Part shown: in pieces, positions 36,896 through 48,170 of the stretch
Numbering within the stretch: position 1 is the first letter of the stretch
Layout: every line of letters begins with the position of its first letter
NCBI GenBank assembly: GCA_016213235.1
Contig: JACRBE010000013.1
Coordinates: 1-54,018, forward strand
DNA: 54,018 nucleotides
Direction: 5' to 3'
Source of the DNA: Chlamydiales bacterium
GTDB lineage: Bacteria; Chlamydiota; Chlamydiia; Chlamydiales; JACRBE01
Position numbers and translations under genes: made by a program
The notes under the pieces: model-generated
Told to the model about the DNA's origin: nothing
The model's database searches: none
The model's input: only the letters and a program-made list of their open reading frames with translations

Positions 36896-39121
36896 TTAAG
36901 AATAAGTGACAATCGGATCTATATCGATTAAAATTTTAATTTTATGGTTGTGGAGCTGCAAGTATACTTCACTTAATACTTTGCTTAAGAAAAGCTGGTT
37001 GGTTCCTTTGATGACAAACTGGAATCTGAACTTGTTTTTTATCTTAGAACAACCGCAAGGGGATATAGCAGTCAGGCTGAAATTTTTTGGTAATTTAGGT
37101 ATGAGGGCATCATAAAATGCTTTTGCAAAAGATCTTGTCTTTTCTTCATCTTCGGAGGAAAAAACAACTTTTGTGATGCGTTTGAAAGGGGGATAGTCAA
37201 ACATCTGCCTTACTTTGAGTTCTTCTGCAAAAAAATGGGGATAATTTTCTTGTGCGGCATCTGTAATAATAGGGTGCTCTACGAGTGTTGTTTGTATGAT
37301 GACTTCTCCTGGGAGGGAGCTTCTTCCCGACCTACCGGCTACCTGGGTAATAAGTTGAAAAGCATGCTCTGACGCTCTAAAATCCGGGACATGCAAGGCG
37401 TGATCTGCTTGTAAAATACCTACCAGGGTGACAGCGGGGAAATGCAGTCCTTTACCAATCATTTGTGTGCCAATCAACACATCTGCTTTGCCCGATTTAA
37501 ATGCTCGAAAAAGCTCATCATGAGATCCCTTATGACGGGTAGTATCTCCATCCATACGAATGAGGCGTAAAAAAGGAAAGATAGCTTTTAAAGAGCGCTC
37601 CACTTGTTCTGTACCAGGTCCTTTGAATTGAAAGGTCTCTTTTGACCCACATTTACATTTGGTAGGGGGAGGAGAGAGGGTAAATCCACAAACATGACAG
37701 GCTAGTAAATTATCGCCTTTATGAAAGGTTAAAGAGACATCACAATGAGGACATTTGACTACTTCGCTGCACTCTTTACAACAAAGGTAAGAATAATAAC
37801 CCCGTCTGTTCAAAAATAAGATGGTTTGCTCACCACACTCATATCGTTTTTTAATTTTTGAAAGTAACATGTCGGAAAACATAGAAAAGTTCTTTTTTTC
37901 CTTTTCAGTATTCATGTTCACAATATGTACTTGGGGCAAATTGCTATGACCTGCTCGATGATTTATCTTTAGGAGATTGTATTTTCCACTTATTGCATTT
38001 TGATAACTCTCTAAAGATGGCGTTGCACTCCCTAAAATCACTGTAGCATTGATCAGTTTTGCTCTTACGATAGCAACATCGCGCGCATGATAAGTGGGCA
38101 TCTCTTCCGATTGTTTATAAGAAGACTCTTGCTCTTCATCTACGATGATTAGCCCCACATGCTCCAGTGGACTAAAAATAGCAGATCTGGCACCTACTAC
38201 AAGCTTGATATTGCCCTTACGCATATTATGCCAGCTATCAAATCTCTCTCCATCGCTTAAGCGATGGTGTAAAATGGCTATCTTATTTTGAAATCTTGCC
38301 CTTAAACGCTCAATGGTTTGTGAGGTAAGTGCAATTTCTGGAACAAGGAAAATAACATCTTTATTAAGGGCTATTGTTTCTTGAATCGCTTGTAAATACA
38401 CTTCTGTTTTCCCGCTACCTGTAACACCATGGATTAGATGTGTAGTAAATTCCTGTTTTTTAATAGAAGAGACGATGGCATCTAAACAAACCTGTTGCTC
38501 TTCGTTTAAAATTTTTGGTTTTGTAGGAAAAAACTCTTGTTGTAGAAGGTCTATACGATCAATGTGGAGTAATTGAGTATTAAGTGATCCCTCTTGAATG
38601 AGGGCATGTACAGCAGATGGTGATGATCCGCTTTTCTCTAAAAGCTCTGTTAATAAAATCCCTTTTGGATGTTCCAAAATGATATCGAGTACTTTTGCCT
38701 GAGCCGGTTTTTTTCTACGAATAAGAGCGCATATTTCTGTAATCTGTTCTACTGATTTAGCGCGTTCAATGAATAATTGTTGCTTTTCTTTTGTGTTTTT
38801 TTTCACGGAGGACGGGAGCATGGTGTTGATCACGCGCTGCAGGGACGTTGCATAATATTCGCTCATCCACTCTGCCAGATCAAAGAGGTCATCTGTTAAG
38901 ATGTTATCTTCTAACAACACCTCGTTGATCGGTTGTACACTAGCGATAGCGCTTTTCTTTCTAACGTGTAGTACAGTAGCTCGCTTTAAGACATTTCGAA
39001 CAGGCACCAGTACCCTGGACCCAATGCTCACTTGCTTAGATAAATGATCTGGTATCCCATAATCTAAAGGTTTTTGAATATTCTTATCGATTAATACAGT
39101 TGCAAATAGTTTAAAACTCAT
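36896..39121 (-). CDS. priA: Primosomal protein N' (replication restart helicase)
   Basis: HGVTGSGKTEVY, LVPEIALT, DEEQ, GSATPS, LNRRGY, Cys-rich zinc region, QVAGRSGR. Confidence 0.97.
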   Translation of the reverse strand: MSFKLFATVLIDKNIQKPLDYGIPDHLSKQVSIGSRVLVPVRNVLKRATVLHVRKKSAIASVQPINEVLLEDNILTDDLFDLAEWMSEYYATSLQRVINTMLPSSVKKNTKEKQQLFIERAKSVEQITEICALIRRKKPAQAKVLDIILEHPKGILLTELLEKSGSSPSAVHALIQEGSLNTQLLHIDRIDLLQQEFFPTKPKILNEEQQVCLDAIVSSIKKQEFTTHLIHGVTGSGKTEVYLQAIQETIALNKDVIFLVPEIALTSQTIERLRARFQNKIAILHHRLSDGERFDSWHNMRKGNIKLVVGARSAIFSPLEHVGLIIVDEEQESSYKQSEEMPTYHARDVAIVRAKLINATVILGSATPSLESYQNAISGKYNLLKINHRAGHSNLPQVHIVNMNTEKEKKNFSMFSDMLLSKIKKRYECGEQTILFLNRRGYYSYLCCKECSEVVKCPHCDVSLTFHKGDNLLACHVCGFTLSPPPTKCKCGSKETFQFKGPGTEQVERSLKAIFPFLRLIRMDGDTTRHKGSHDELFRAFKSGKADVLIGTQMIGKGLHFPAVTLVGILQADHALHVPDFRASEHAFQLITQVAGRSGRSSLPGEVIIQTTLVEHPIITDAAQENYPHFFAEELKVRQMFDYPPFKRITKVVFSSEDEEKTRSFAKAFYDALIPKLPKNFSLTAISPCGCSKIKNKFRFQFVIKGTNQLFLSKVLSEVYLQLHNHKIKILIDIDPIVTYS

Positions 39122-39879
39122 TTTTTTTCCGCAAGATGTTTGCAAATTTCATTCCATAATTTCTTTTTTTCCATGGGACTTGAGAAATAAACGGATGCAT
39201 CATTTAAAATAATAGCTGGTATGTCATGAATATAACATTGCCCGTTACCCGCTATTTTGTATCTTGTTAGTAAAGATTTTACTCCATGAAGTGTTTGCTT
39301 GGATACGATGATTAGTTTCATTTCTTTTTTGTTAAAAAGATCATTGATTTTCATTTTCTTTTCTATCTGCTGTATGCTAAGCACATTGCAAGGACAGAAA
39401 GTAATATGTATTGCTTTTGCAACCTGATGTAAAAATGTTTGTATTTCTTTGGACTCCATGGAAGTAAAAATAGGCACAATCGGAATATGCAACTCTATCT
39501 TCCATTCATTTTTTGCCTCTGTTGCTGCTTTATCCAGCAGTGGATAATCGGAAATCTTTAAATGAGGGCTTGTTTTTTTCATCATTGCGATCAGATCAAC
39601 AAAATGATCGATATGCTCAGGGCGTGGAGTTTTAATAACAGGCGCTGTCTGTGCAACAGCAGGGGAGTGCTTTATCTCTTTTTTTATGATGGGTTTTGCT
39701 ATTTCAAGTGGAGGAAGGATCTCTTCTTTTAATTCTTGTGCAGGTAAAACCAAATTAGGAGAAGAATGCCTCTCTGTTTTGTCAATAAATGTATTACAAG
39801 ATACATATAAAGAAGAGTTTTTCATCTGTAACAGATACGTTTTTAAATCAGCAACAAGTGTTTCATATTCTTTGTGCAT
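39118..39879 (-). CDS. Hypothetical protein, translationally coupled to priA
   Basis: 253 aa; stop overlaps priA ATG; C-terminal KKKLWNEI. Confidence 0.75.
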   Translation of the reverse strand: MHKEYETLVADLKTYLLQMKNSSLYVSCNTFIDKTERHSSPNLVLPAQELKEEILPPLEIAKPIIKKEIKHSPAVAQTAPVIKTPRPEHIDHFVDLIAMMKKTSPHLKISDYPLLDKAATEAKNEWKIELHIPIVPIFTSMESKEIQTFLHQVAKAIHITFCPCNVLSIQQIEKKMKINDLFNKKEMKLIIVSKQTLHGVKSLLTRYKIAGNGQCYIHDIPAIILNDASVYFSSPMEKKKLWNEICKHLAEKK

Positions 39880-39889
39880 TTGCTAGTCC

Positions 39890-40798
39890 TTATATGGAAA
39901 AAAGAGCATCTAAATATTTTTCTTTATCAAATGCTTCAAAATCATCTTCGCTCTCCCCAAGACCGACAAATCGAATAGGGATGCCAAGCTCTTTATAGAT
40001 GGATAAGATGATACCACCTTTTGCACTCCCATCCAATTTTGTTAATATAATACCGGAAAGAGGTGTAAAAGAATGAAAGATTTTTGCTTGTTCCATAGCA
40101 GCTTGCCCAATTGTTGCATCTAGCACTAAATAAGTTTCATGGGGAGCATCGATGCTCACCTTTTTACATACACGTCCTATTTTTTCAAGCTCCTTCATCA
40201 AGTCTGTTTTTGATTCGAGTCTTCCTGCTGTATCCCCAATGACGACATCATAATGATTTGCTTTTGCCTTTGTAAGTGCATCAAAAATCACACTAGATGG
40301 GTCTGCTCCTTGGACACCTTTTACTAAATCAATTCCTAATTTACCAGCCCAAAGTTCTAGCTGCTCTACGGCCGCTGCTCTAAATGTATCTCCAGCTGCG
40401 AGCAGCACCTTTTTTTTATTTTGCTTATATAAACGCCCTAATTTAGCAGCAGAGGTAGTTTTCCCAGACCCATTAATACCAACTAATAAAATCACAAGAG
40501 GTTCTTCTTTGTTATAAGAGCGGGCTATGATTTTTGGCGGAGCAGATAAAAGAGCATCTCCTAATTTCTTCATTTCCTGTAGATAGTCTTGAAAAGAAGC
40601 CTGTTTGTTTTTTTTGTGATACTCTTCAATGTGATGGATAAAAAGCTCTACACAAGAAGATCCAAGATCGGTTTCATAGAGGATTTGCTCGAGCTCTGCG
40701 AGTGTTGATTCATCGACAGGCCGCAGGAAAATCCGCTTTAAGTTAGAAACTAGAGAGCTTTTTATTTTTTTGTATTTATTTTTAAAAAACGTGAACAT
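39890..40798 (-). CDS. ftsY: Signal recognition particle receptor
   Basis: GINGSGKTT, DTFRAAAVEQL, DTAGR, TKLDGSAKGG. Confidence 0.97.
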   Translation of the reverse strand: MFTFFKNKYKKIKSSLVSNLKRIFLRPVDESTLAELEQILYETDLGSSCVELFIHHIEEYHKKNKQASFQDYLQEMKKLGDALLSAPPKIIARSYNKEEPLVILLVGINGSGKTTSAAKLGRLYKQNKKKVLLAAGDTFRAAAVEQLELWAGKLGIDLVKGVQGADPSSVIFDALTKAKANHYDVVIGDTAGRLESKTDLMKELEKIGRVCKKVSIDAPHETYLVLDATIGQAAMEQAKIFHSFTPLSGIILTKLDGSAKGGIILSIYKELGIPIRFVGLGESEDDFEAFDKEKYLDALFSI

Positions 40799-40877
40799 AG
40801 AGAAATGATGACTTTTTGGGTTGTAGATAATCAGATTTTATCAGATAAGGAAATATGGGAAAAGGAAGGATATAATT

Positions 40878-42038
40878 ATGAATACGCATGAGTATCAGGC
40901 AAAGGAGATTTTAAAGCGTTATGGGGTGAATATTCCAGATTTTGCTGTAGCCTCTTCTATTCATGAAGTAAGGGAAATACTCGGTCAAAAGGGTTGGAAC
41001 AGCGCTGTTGTAAAAATTCAGGTGCACGCTGGAGGTAGAGGGAAAGCAGGTGGCGTAAAATTTGGAAAAAGCCAGGAAGAAATACTTACTATTGCGCAAC
41101 AGTTACTTGGTATGAAAATAGTCAATAACCAAACAGGGCCAGCGGGAGTTGTTGCAGCAAAAATATTAATTACAACTCCTGTAGACATTAAAAAAGAATA
41201 CTACCTTGGTGCTATCATTGATCGGGAAAATGCAAGACCTATCATTATTGCATCTCCAGAAGGTGGGATGGAAATTGAAGAGGTAGCACATAAATACCCA
41301 GAAAAAATATTAAAACTTCCCATTAGATTAAATGGTGAACTGAAAAGTTACGAATTGATCCATCTTGCAAAATTCATGGGATGGGAAGGGGACGTTGCAA
41401 AACAGGGAATGTCGCTTGTTGCTAAAATTGCAAAAGCATTTTTGGATACAGATGCATCTTTACTTGAGATCAACCCTTTAGTTGTATCACAAGATGATCA
41501 GCTGCTTGCGTTAGATGCAAAGCTTAGTGTGGATGATAATGCCTTATTTAGACAGCAAGAGATAGCAGGTTTGTACGATCCAACCCAAGTATCAAAAAAT
41601 GAAAGGGAAGCTAACAAATATGAACTGGCTTACATAGCCCTTGATGGGGATATTGGGTGTATGGTCAATGGCGCAGGTCTTGCAATGGCTACCATGGATA
41701 TCATTCATCACTGTGGTGGAAAGCCTGCAAACTTTTTGGATGTAGGAGGAGGCGCTACCAAGGAAAAAGTAGCAGCTGGCTTTAATATCATTTTAAGTGA
41801 TCCCAATGTGAAAGCAATTTTAGTAAATATATTTGGTGGTATCATGAACTGCGCTACTATTGCGGAAGGAATTATTGCCGCTATTGAGGAAAATAAGATG
41901 GAGGTGCCTTTGGTGGTAAGACTAGAAGGAACGAATGTAGAGCAAGGAAAGAAAATGCTAAGAGAATCAGGACTTGCCATTATCGCTGCAGAAGGACTTG
42001 CACAAGCAGCGCAAAAAGTAGTACAGGCAGCAAAATAA
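40878..42038 (+). CDS. sucC: Succinyl-CoA synthetase beta subunit
   Basis: [41 protein letters not shown]. Confidence 0.98.
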   Translation: MNTHEYQAKEILKRYGVNIPDFAVASSIHEVREILGQKGWNSAVVKIQVHAGGRGKAGGVKFGKSQEEILTIAQQLLGMKIVNNQTGPAGVVAAKILITTPVDIKKEYYLGAIIDRENARPIIIASPEGGMEIEEVAHKYPEKILKLPIRLNGELKSYELIHLAKFMGWEGDVAKQGMSLVAKIAKAFLDTDASLLEINPLVVSQDDQLLALDAKLSVDDNALFRQQEIAGLYDPTQVSKNEREANKYELAYIALDGDIGCMVNGAGLAMATMDIIHHCGGKPANFLDVGGGATKEKVAAGFNIILSDPNVKAILVNIFGGIMNCATIAEGIIAAIEENKMEVPLVVRLEGTNVEQGKKMLRESGLAIIAAEGLAQAAQKVVQAAK

Positions 42039-42051
42039 TGGGAGAAGAGAT

Positions 42052-42930
42052 ATGCCAATATTAATCAATAAGAATACTAAGATCATTACCCAGGGCATTT
42101 CCGGTAAGGCCGGTAAATTTCACACCGAAGAAGGTATTAAATATGGGTCCATATATGTTGGCGGAGTAACTCCCGGCAAAGGGGGTATGGAAATATTAGG
42201 GCTTCCTATTTTTGACACTGTGCTGGAAGCTAAGCAATCCGTTCATCCTGATGCATCGCTTATCTTTGTGCCTCCTCCATTTGCTGCAGATGCAATCCTG
42301 GAAGCAGAAGATGCAGGTATTCCTCTGATTGTTTGTATCACAGAAGGTATACCTATACAGGATATGCTTGAAGTGTCACAAGTGATGAAAGAGAGTAAAA
42401 CTTCTCGCCTCATTGGTCCCAATTGTCCAGGCGTCATTACGCCAGGAGAGTGTAAAATTGGCATCATGCCAGGATATATTCATAAAAAAGGAAAAATAGG
42501 TATTGTATCAAAATCAGGAACCCTTACTTATGAAGCGGTTTGGCAAACAACAAATTTAGGACTTGGACAGTCCACCTGTGTGGGAATAGGAGGCGATCCT
42601 TTAAATGGCACCAACTTTATCGATGTGCTCAAACTGTTTGAAAAAGATCCTCAAACAGAAGGTATTTTAATGATTGGAGAAATTGGTGGTCATGCAGAAG
42701 AAGATGCTGCAGAGTGGATCAAAAAACATTGCACAAAACCAGTTGCTGCTTTTATTGCAGGAATGATGGCTCCACCGGGAAGAAGAATGGGACATGCAGG
42801 AGCAATCATATCAGGTGGTGAAGGAACAGCAGGGGGCAAAATTAAGGCATTAAAAAAAGCGGGTGTTACTGTAGCAGAAACTCCTGCTGATATGGGAAAA
42901 GCAATATTAACAGCAATAGGTAAAAAGTGA
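42052..42930 (+). CDS. sucD: Succinyl-CoA synthetase alpha subunit
   Basis: [32 protein letters not shown]. Confidence 0.98.
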   Translation: MPILINKNTKIITQGISGKAGKFHTEEGIKYGSIYVGGVTPGKGGMEILGLPIFDTVLEAKQSVHPDASLIFVPPPFAADAILEAEDAGIPLIVCITEGIPIQDMLEVSQVMKESKTSRLIGPNCPGVITPGECKIGIMPGYIHKKGKIGIVSKSGTLTYEAVWQTTNLGLGQSTCVGIGGDPLNGTNFIDVLKLFEKDPQTEGILMIGEIGGHAEEDAAEWIKKHCTKPVAAFIAGMMAPPGRRMGHAGAIISGGEGTAGGKIKALKKAGVTVAETPADMGKAILTAIGKK

Positions 42931-44060
42931 AACGGATACCCATTCGTATTTCTCCAGCTTTTTTTATTACAGCCGGGTTAATTGGCTTTTTAAGCAGTTT
43001 TAGTTTTTTAGGAACGCTCATTTGGATAGGTATTATTTTTGTTTCCGTTTTATTTCATGAATATGGACATGCTCTATCTTCAATGATATTTGGACAGAGC
43101 CCCTCTATTGAGCTTGTAGCATTTGGAGGAGTGACCATACCTAAAGGTCCCAGTCTTCCTCTTTGGAAAGAATTTATCGTTGTGTTTTGTGGTCCTCTTT
43201 TTGGTTTTTGTCTTTTTCTGATTTCATTTTTTTTGATTCGTGAGAAGGTGTTCTCCCATCTCATCGTTGTTAATATTTTGGAAGGGTTTAAACTAGTTAA
43301 TTTATTTTGGACTATTATCAACCTATTGCCTGTACTTCCATTAGATGGTGGTCAGCTCATGCGTATTATTATTGAAGGCATCTTTGGCATTAAGGGCAGA
43401 AGATATGCGCTCATTGTTAGCATGGTTTTAGCGATTGTTGTAGCGCTTGGGCTATTTTTATGGGGAGCGATCATTGTAGGGGCTCTTTTTTTTCTATTTG
43501 CTTTTCAAAATTTTGAAATTATCAAGCAGACAAAGGGTATTACAGAAACAGATGCAAATACTCACTTAAGAGAAGAAATTATCATTGGTGAGCATCAGCT
43601 ATTATCCGGTAATACAGCAGATGCAAAAAGACACTTTGAAGAGATTTTATCCCAAGCAAAAGAGGGAGTAATCCATAAAGCAGCTTCTGAATATTTAGCC
43701 CAAATCTATGCTAAAGATGGAGACAATACTAAAGCATATGAATTACTAACACACTATCAGTCAGAGGAGCTCTCTGATCCCTCCAAATGCCTGCTTCATC
43801 AGCTTAGTTTTGAACATAAAGATTATCAGCGGGTACTAGATCTTGCAGGGACATGCTTTCAAGAGTTCCCCTCCCTGGAACTAGCAAAGCGGACCGTAAT
43901 TGCAGCAGCAAAACTAAATGATATCAAAGCAACCATTGGGTGGATGAAAACCTGTATCCATTATGGCCTGGAAGAATGGCAAGAGTTCATTAAAGATCCT
44001 GCCTTTGATACCATAAGAAGTGTCGAAGAATTCAACAAATTCATTGATAAACACAAATAA
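42927..44060 (+). CDS. Site-2 protease (M50) family protein with TPR-like C-terminus
   Basis: [16 protein letters not shown], multiple TM segments. Confidence 0.9.
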   Translation: MKRIPIRISPAFFITAGLIGFLSSFSFLGTLIWIGIIFVSVLFHEYGHALSSMIFGQSPSIELVAFGGVTIPKGPSLPLWKEFIVVFCGPLFGFCLFLISFFLIREKVFSHLIVVNILEGFKLVNLFWTIINLLPVLPLDGGQLMRIIIEGIFGIKGRRYALIVSMVLAIVVALGLFLWGAIIVGALFFLFAFQNFEIIKQTKGITETDANTHLREEIIIGEHQLLSGNTADAKRHFEEILSQAKEGVIHKAASEYLAQIYAKDGDNTKAYELLTHYQSEELSDPSKCLLHQLSFEHKDYQRVLDLAGTCFQEFPSLELAKRTVIAAAKLNDIKATIGWMKTCIHYGLEEWQEFIKDPAFDTIRSVEEFNKFIDKHK

Positions 44061-44179
44061 CAACAAAATTATAATTATGTGTTAATTAAAATTGCAATTA
44101 TTGTAGAGGTTGTTTTTTTTTGACTAAAATTCCAATGTAACTATAATTACACCAATTAAAATAACAATAGGTAAAAATT

Positions 44180-45229
44180 ATGGTTCCAGCTCAAGGTCAG
44201 GGGGCAATAGTAGGGTCTCCTTCTTTTTGTGATTCTTTTTATGATCAAAATAAGACATTAACACGGCAATATATAGATGAACCAAATCTTAATCCTACTC
44301 AGCCGCTGCGACTACAGCCCTTAAAAGCAGCGCTTTTATTTACTGTAACAACACCAATTGAACTAGCAGAAGTTATCACTCGACTAGCAATTGGTATTTT
44401 AGCTTGTCCTTTAGTGTTTGTGAACCCGAATCAATTCTTAAAAGAGTTTGTTTATATTCCTCTTACAGGGTTAGGTGATGTAGTAGGCAAACCTCTCTTT
44501 TTGATCCTTTCACCTGTTATCGTATTCACGAATTTTTTAAGTACACAGAATGGATCGATTTTTTATAGGACTAATCGATCTTTAACTAGTAAGTATGTAG
44601 TGGATCCTGTATCTAAACTTGTGCCTCATTTTGCACTCTCATTACAGTGTTTTGTGAGTATAATAACTGTGCCATTAGAAGCTGTGGAAACCATTGGTCG
44701 ATTAGCACTTGCTATTTTAGCTTTTCCAGTGGTTTTTATAGATAAAGACTTATATTTGAAAGAGTTTATTTATACTCCGGCTCTAGGCCTTGTTAAAGTG
44801 GTATTTAGAGTAGTAGTTGCTCCTATTGAACTTATTGCGAGGTTATTCTTAGATTACGTTTTTTATCAACAATCCCGAGCACAAGTAGCACAGCGGGCGG
44901 TACAAGTAGCACAGCAGGTGGCACAACATGCTCAACCATAACAAGCAGTGCAAGCCGCAGCCAGGTTGTCTATTCAGCATATTCAACATGCTGAAACTAC
45001 AGCACTTCACGCCGTTTGGCGAGCTTTTCGAGCGTACCATGGGGTAAATCCTGCGCAGGCTAGAACTTTGTGGCGTAGTGATGACAATGATATTCGTCAA
45101 ACATCTAAAGTATATTGTGATTCAATTAGATTATTTCCACAAAATTGTAGAACAGTTGAATCAATAGCTATTACGCAGATTTTACGGATGGGACAGCTTG
45201 GAGCTACTAGACTTAATACTCTTCCTTAA
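44180..45229 (+). CDS. Hydrophobic tandem-repeat protein (Inc-like); one in-frame TAA at 44939-44941 splits an otherwise continuous frame
   Basis: ORFs 44180-44941 and 44948-45229 share a frame; two 108-aa repeat units starting at 44237 and 44561. Confidence 0.6.
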
Positions 45230-45264
45230 AAGATATGGCGGCTATATTCACTGTGAAGATAACG

Positions 45265-45294
45265 AAATAAGGGACCTAATACCGGTCCCTTTTC
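45265..45294. terminator. Bidirectional intrinsic terminator
   Basis: AAGGGACC-n7-GGTCCCTT with A/T flanks, immediately after the htrA stop. Confidence 0.75.
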
Positions 45295-46785
45295 TTATTT
45301 AGGTAGTTTTAAGGAGAAAAATCTCATACTGCCTTTGACATTCATCAAGATGAGTACCCGATTTCCTTCCATCCCTTCTAATGCTTTGTTAAATTCATCA
45401 GCATTGCTTACTTTTTTATGGTTAACAGCCAATATTACCCAGCCAGTTCTAATACCGGCAGATTGTGCAATGGAGCCTGACATCACTTTTGTGATAATCA
45501 CGCCACTCTCTTCTGTGTAACCATTTCGTTTTGCAACTTCAGGAGTTAATGTTTCTACTTCAATACCCAGTTTTTTGATAGCAATAGATGATTCATTACT
45601 TTGAGCATCATTACCCTCAATTTTCACAGGTATTACCATCATCTTGCCTTGACGATTGATCGTAAGCTGAATGGTCGTATTAGGAGGCATTAGCATGATG
45701 TCATTTCGCAGCGTATTCATGGACTTAACAGGGATATCATTTAATTTAATGATGATATCACCTTGTTTCAAACCAGCTTTATCAGCAGGAGAATCCTTCT
45801 TCACTTGTGCAACAAGTGCTCCCTCTGGTTTTTCTAGTTTTAAGGCTTCTGCTAAATCTTGATCTATTGGCTGCAACATAACACCAATGCTACCACGAGA
45901 TACTTCTCCATTGCTGATGATTTGTTGCTGCACATTTTTAAGAATAGAGCTAGGTATGGCAAAACCAATGCCCATATACCCACCGGATGGTGATAAAATA
46001 GCTGTGTTCATACCAATTACCTGAGCATCCAAGTTCAGCAAAGGCCCTCCGGAGTTGCCGGGGTTGATAGCAGCATCTGTTTGGATAAAATCCTCTAAAT
46101 CGGTAATTTGCAAATCATTTCTTCCCTTTGCACTAACAACGCCTACTGTCACGGATGCTTGTAATTGAAATGGATTTCCAACAGCAACCACCCATTCTCC
46201 TACATCCATCTCATCAGAGCTGCCAAATTGCAAAAATGGATAATTGCTGCCATCTACTTTGAGTATTGCAATGTCTGTTTGAGGATCACCCCCTACGAGC
46301 GTTGCATCTAGTTGTTTTTCTAGTGGAGGATTTAAATCTACTGTAATTTTTGTGGCATCTTTTACTACGTGAAAGTTAGTCATGATATAACCATCAGAGG
46401 TAACAAAAAAGCCAGATCCTTGTGATCTTCTTACCGGAGCCTTACGATTTTTTTTGGGAGCAGGCCCAAAGAATCGATTAAAAAAATCATCCTGAAAGAG
46501 ATCAAATGGATCTTGGTATTCTGGAGATTGATTTAAATAATCGCTAAGATCTCCACTCGATTCTACCTTGATGAAAACCACTGCTGGAATGGATTTTTTA
46601 GCAACACTGGTGAAAGCTTTAGAAAATTCTTTTGCCTGGGAGCATTGATTATCAGATGAAGGATCGTAAGCTATAGCTTTAGACTCCGTAGCTTTTGTCT
46701 CTTCTTTTGTTTGAAAAATGGAACCATGTAATTGTGTTGATATAAATAACACACTTAAAAACAAATACTTAATAGGTGCTTTCAT
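45295..46785 (-). CDS. htrA: DegP/HtrA serine protease with two PDZ domains
   Basis: Signal peptide, GSGF, TNFHV, DIA, QTDAAINPGNSGGPL. Confidence 0.97.
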   Translation of the reverse strand: MKAPIKYLFLSVLFISTQLHGSIFQTKEETKATESKAIAYDPSSDNQCSQAKEFSKAFTSVAKKSIPAVVFIKVESSGDLSDYLNQSPEYQDPFDLFQDDFFNRFFGPAPKKNRKAPVRRSQGSGFFVTSDGYIMTNFHVVKDATKITVDLNPPLEKQLDATLVGGDPQTDIAILKVDGSNYPFLQFGSSDEMDVGEWVVAVGNPFQLQASVTVGVVSAKGRNDLQITDLEDFIQTDAAINPGNSGGPLLNLDAQVIGMNTAILSPSGGYMGIGFAIPSSILKNVQQQIISNGEVSRGSIGVMLQPIDQDLAEALKLEKPEGALVAQVKKDSPADKAGLKQGDIIIKLNDIPVKSMNTLRNDIMLMPPNTTIQLTINRQGKMMVIPVKIEGNDAQSNESSIAIKKLGIEVETLTPEVAKRNGYTEESGVIITKVMSGSIAQSAGIRTGWVILAVNHKKVSNADEFNKALEGMEGNRVLILMNVKGSMRFFSLKLPK

Positions 46786-46972
46786 TCACGCCTCCTGCCT
46801 GATTTAGGAATCAAATTATGTAATACAAAAGAAAAAAAAACAATCTCTACTGTCTAGAAGTTTTATTATTTGGCTTATTTTGGTATACTATAGGAACATT
46901 ATTAATTAAAAAAAGGAATTTTTATGGAAACATTATCACTTGCTCGGTTGCCGCCTCAGATGAGGGTTTAAA

Positions 46973-47680
46973 ATGGAAGTTACTTCAGCATCATTATTTG
47001 CCCCCTTTTCCCTGGATCCAAAGGCTGTGAAGTTTAAAAATAAAGATAAACATCCTATGGATGGAAGGATAACTATTATCCTACCATATAAAAATCAATA
47101 CTTGTTACATGCATCTTGTCAAGGTAGAAGTGTAGGACGTGCGGAATTTCATGAGGAAATAGAAATAATACGTATTGCCTGGCTTGAAAATACAACAATT
47201 GGCACTGCAATAAGAGTATATGAGGTAGGAACAAGAATGATGGAGCTCATCATTTCATTTGCAAAACACCGTAACAAAAATATTCGGCTATTTGCTAAGA
47301 ATGCAGTACCTTTTTACTTAAGTTTTGGATTTCATGTTGTCAAATATGCCTATCTTGAAAAGCTCACAAGAGCATTACAAGGGCTTTTGAATGGGCATAG
47401 ATCTTTAGATGATGTACAAGATATTTACCTGGGATTAAGGATATTATCAAAAGAAATAGAAAGATCTGTATCTATAACAGATACAGATATCATTCGAGAG
47501 CATTGGTTTTGGGATAATGTAGGTCCTATTGTAGATGATCAAATGAGTGAGCGTATGAAAGAAGAAGAGGAAAAAGCAGAAGAAGAAAGAAGATCTCCCT
47601 CTTTTCTTCTTGGTGATGAGAAATGGCAAGTGGATATGATGTTACCACTGAAAATAGTGATAGAAGAAAGGGAAGGATAA
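46973..47680 (+). CDS. GNAT-like acetyltransferase-fold protein
   Basis: VGTRMMELII (motif A-like) and NAVPFYLSFGF (motif B-like). Confidence 0.55.
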   Translation: MEVTSASLFAPFSLDPKAVKFKNKDKHPMDGRITIILPYKNQYLLHASCQGRSVGRAEFHEEIEIIRIAWLENTTIGTAIRVYEVGTRMMELIISFAKHRNKNIRLFAKNAVPFYLSFGFHVVKYAYLEKLTRALQGLLNGHRSLDDVQDIYLGLRILSKEIERSVSITDTDIIREHWFWDNVGPIVDDQMSERMKEEEEKAEEERRSPSFLLGDEKWQVDMMLPLKIVIEEREG

Positions 47681-47846
47681 GTAAAATGAGCGCTATTATA
47701 TCATTATCAAGAAGTAATGTTAATGGCATAAAACATATATTAAAAATAATTGTTAAAAATCTTTTTATTTAGGCCATAATGTGACAGTATTACTGATTTC
47801 AGTATATCAGTTTAATACAAATTCGATAAATAAAGAGCCAATAAGA

Positions 47847-48131
47847 TTATTCTTTTGGATCGTTTTCTTTTGCGTGATTAGCTTGCTTCTCAACTTTTTC
47901 TCGAAGCACATAAGGATCTAAATCGATATCATCTCCCCAGGATATGGTATTTGATTGATGATCGATTCGAACTTGATTGAAAAAGTCGATAGATTTCCAA
48001 GCTTCAAAAATACCTTGGCCAACTAAATGGCTTAGATCAATCTCTCCTTCTAGACCATCATCAAACTGTATCCAAATGCAATAGTTTGGCATAGCTTTAC
48101 AAGCTATGATTTTTGCTCTTTTAAAGTCCAT
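47847..48131 (-). CDS. DUF2442 domain protein (antitoxin-like)
   Basis: FDDGLEGEIDLS, TISWGDDIDLDP. Confidence 0.85.
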   Translation of the reverse strand: MDFKRAKIIACKAMPNYCIWIQFDDGLEGEIDLSHLVGQGIFEAWKSIDFFNQVRIDHQSNTISWGDDIDLDPYVLREKVEKQANHAKENDPKE

Positions 48132-48140
48132 AACCCATAT

Positions 48141-48170
48141 CTACTGGAGCGGGGGAATTTTTGTAGTTTG
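48141..48170 (-). pseudogene. Possible C-terminal relic of a DUF4160 gene
   Basis: QTTKIPPLQ* directly upstream of DUF2442; resembles the KIxPL ending of its usual partner. Confidence 0.45.

Noticed and set aside
44939..44941. Selenocysteine or pyrrolysine recoding
   Set aside because: The stop is TAA, not TGA or TAG, and all other genes use the standard code
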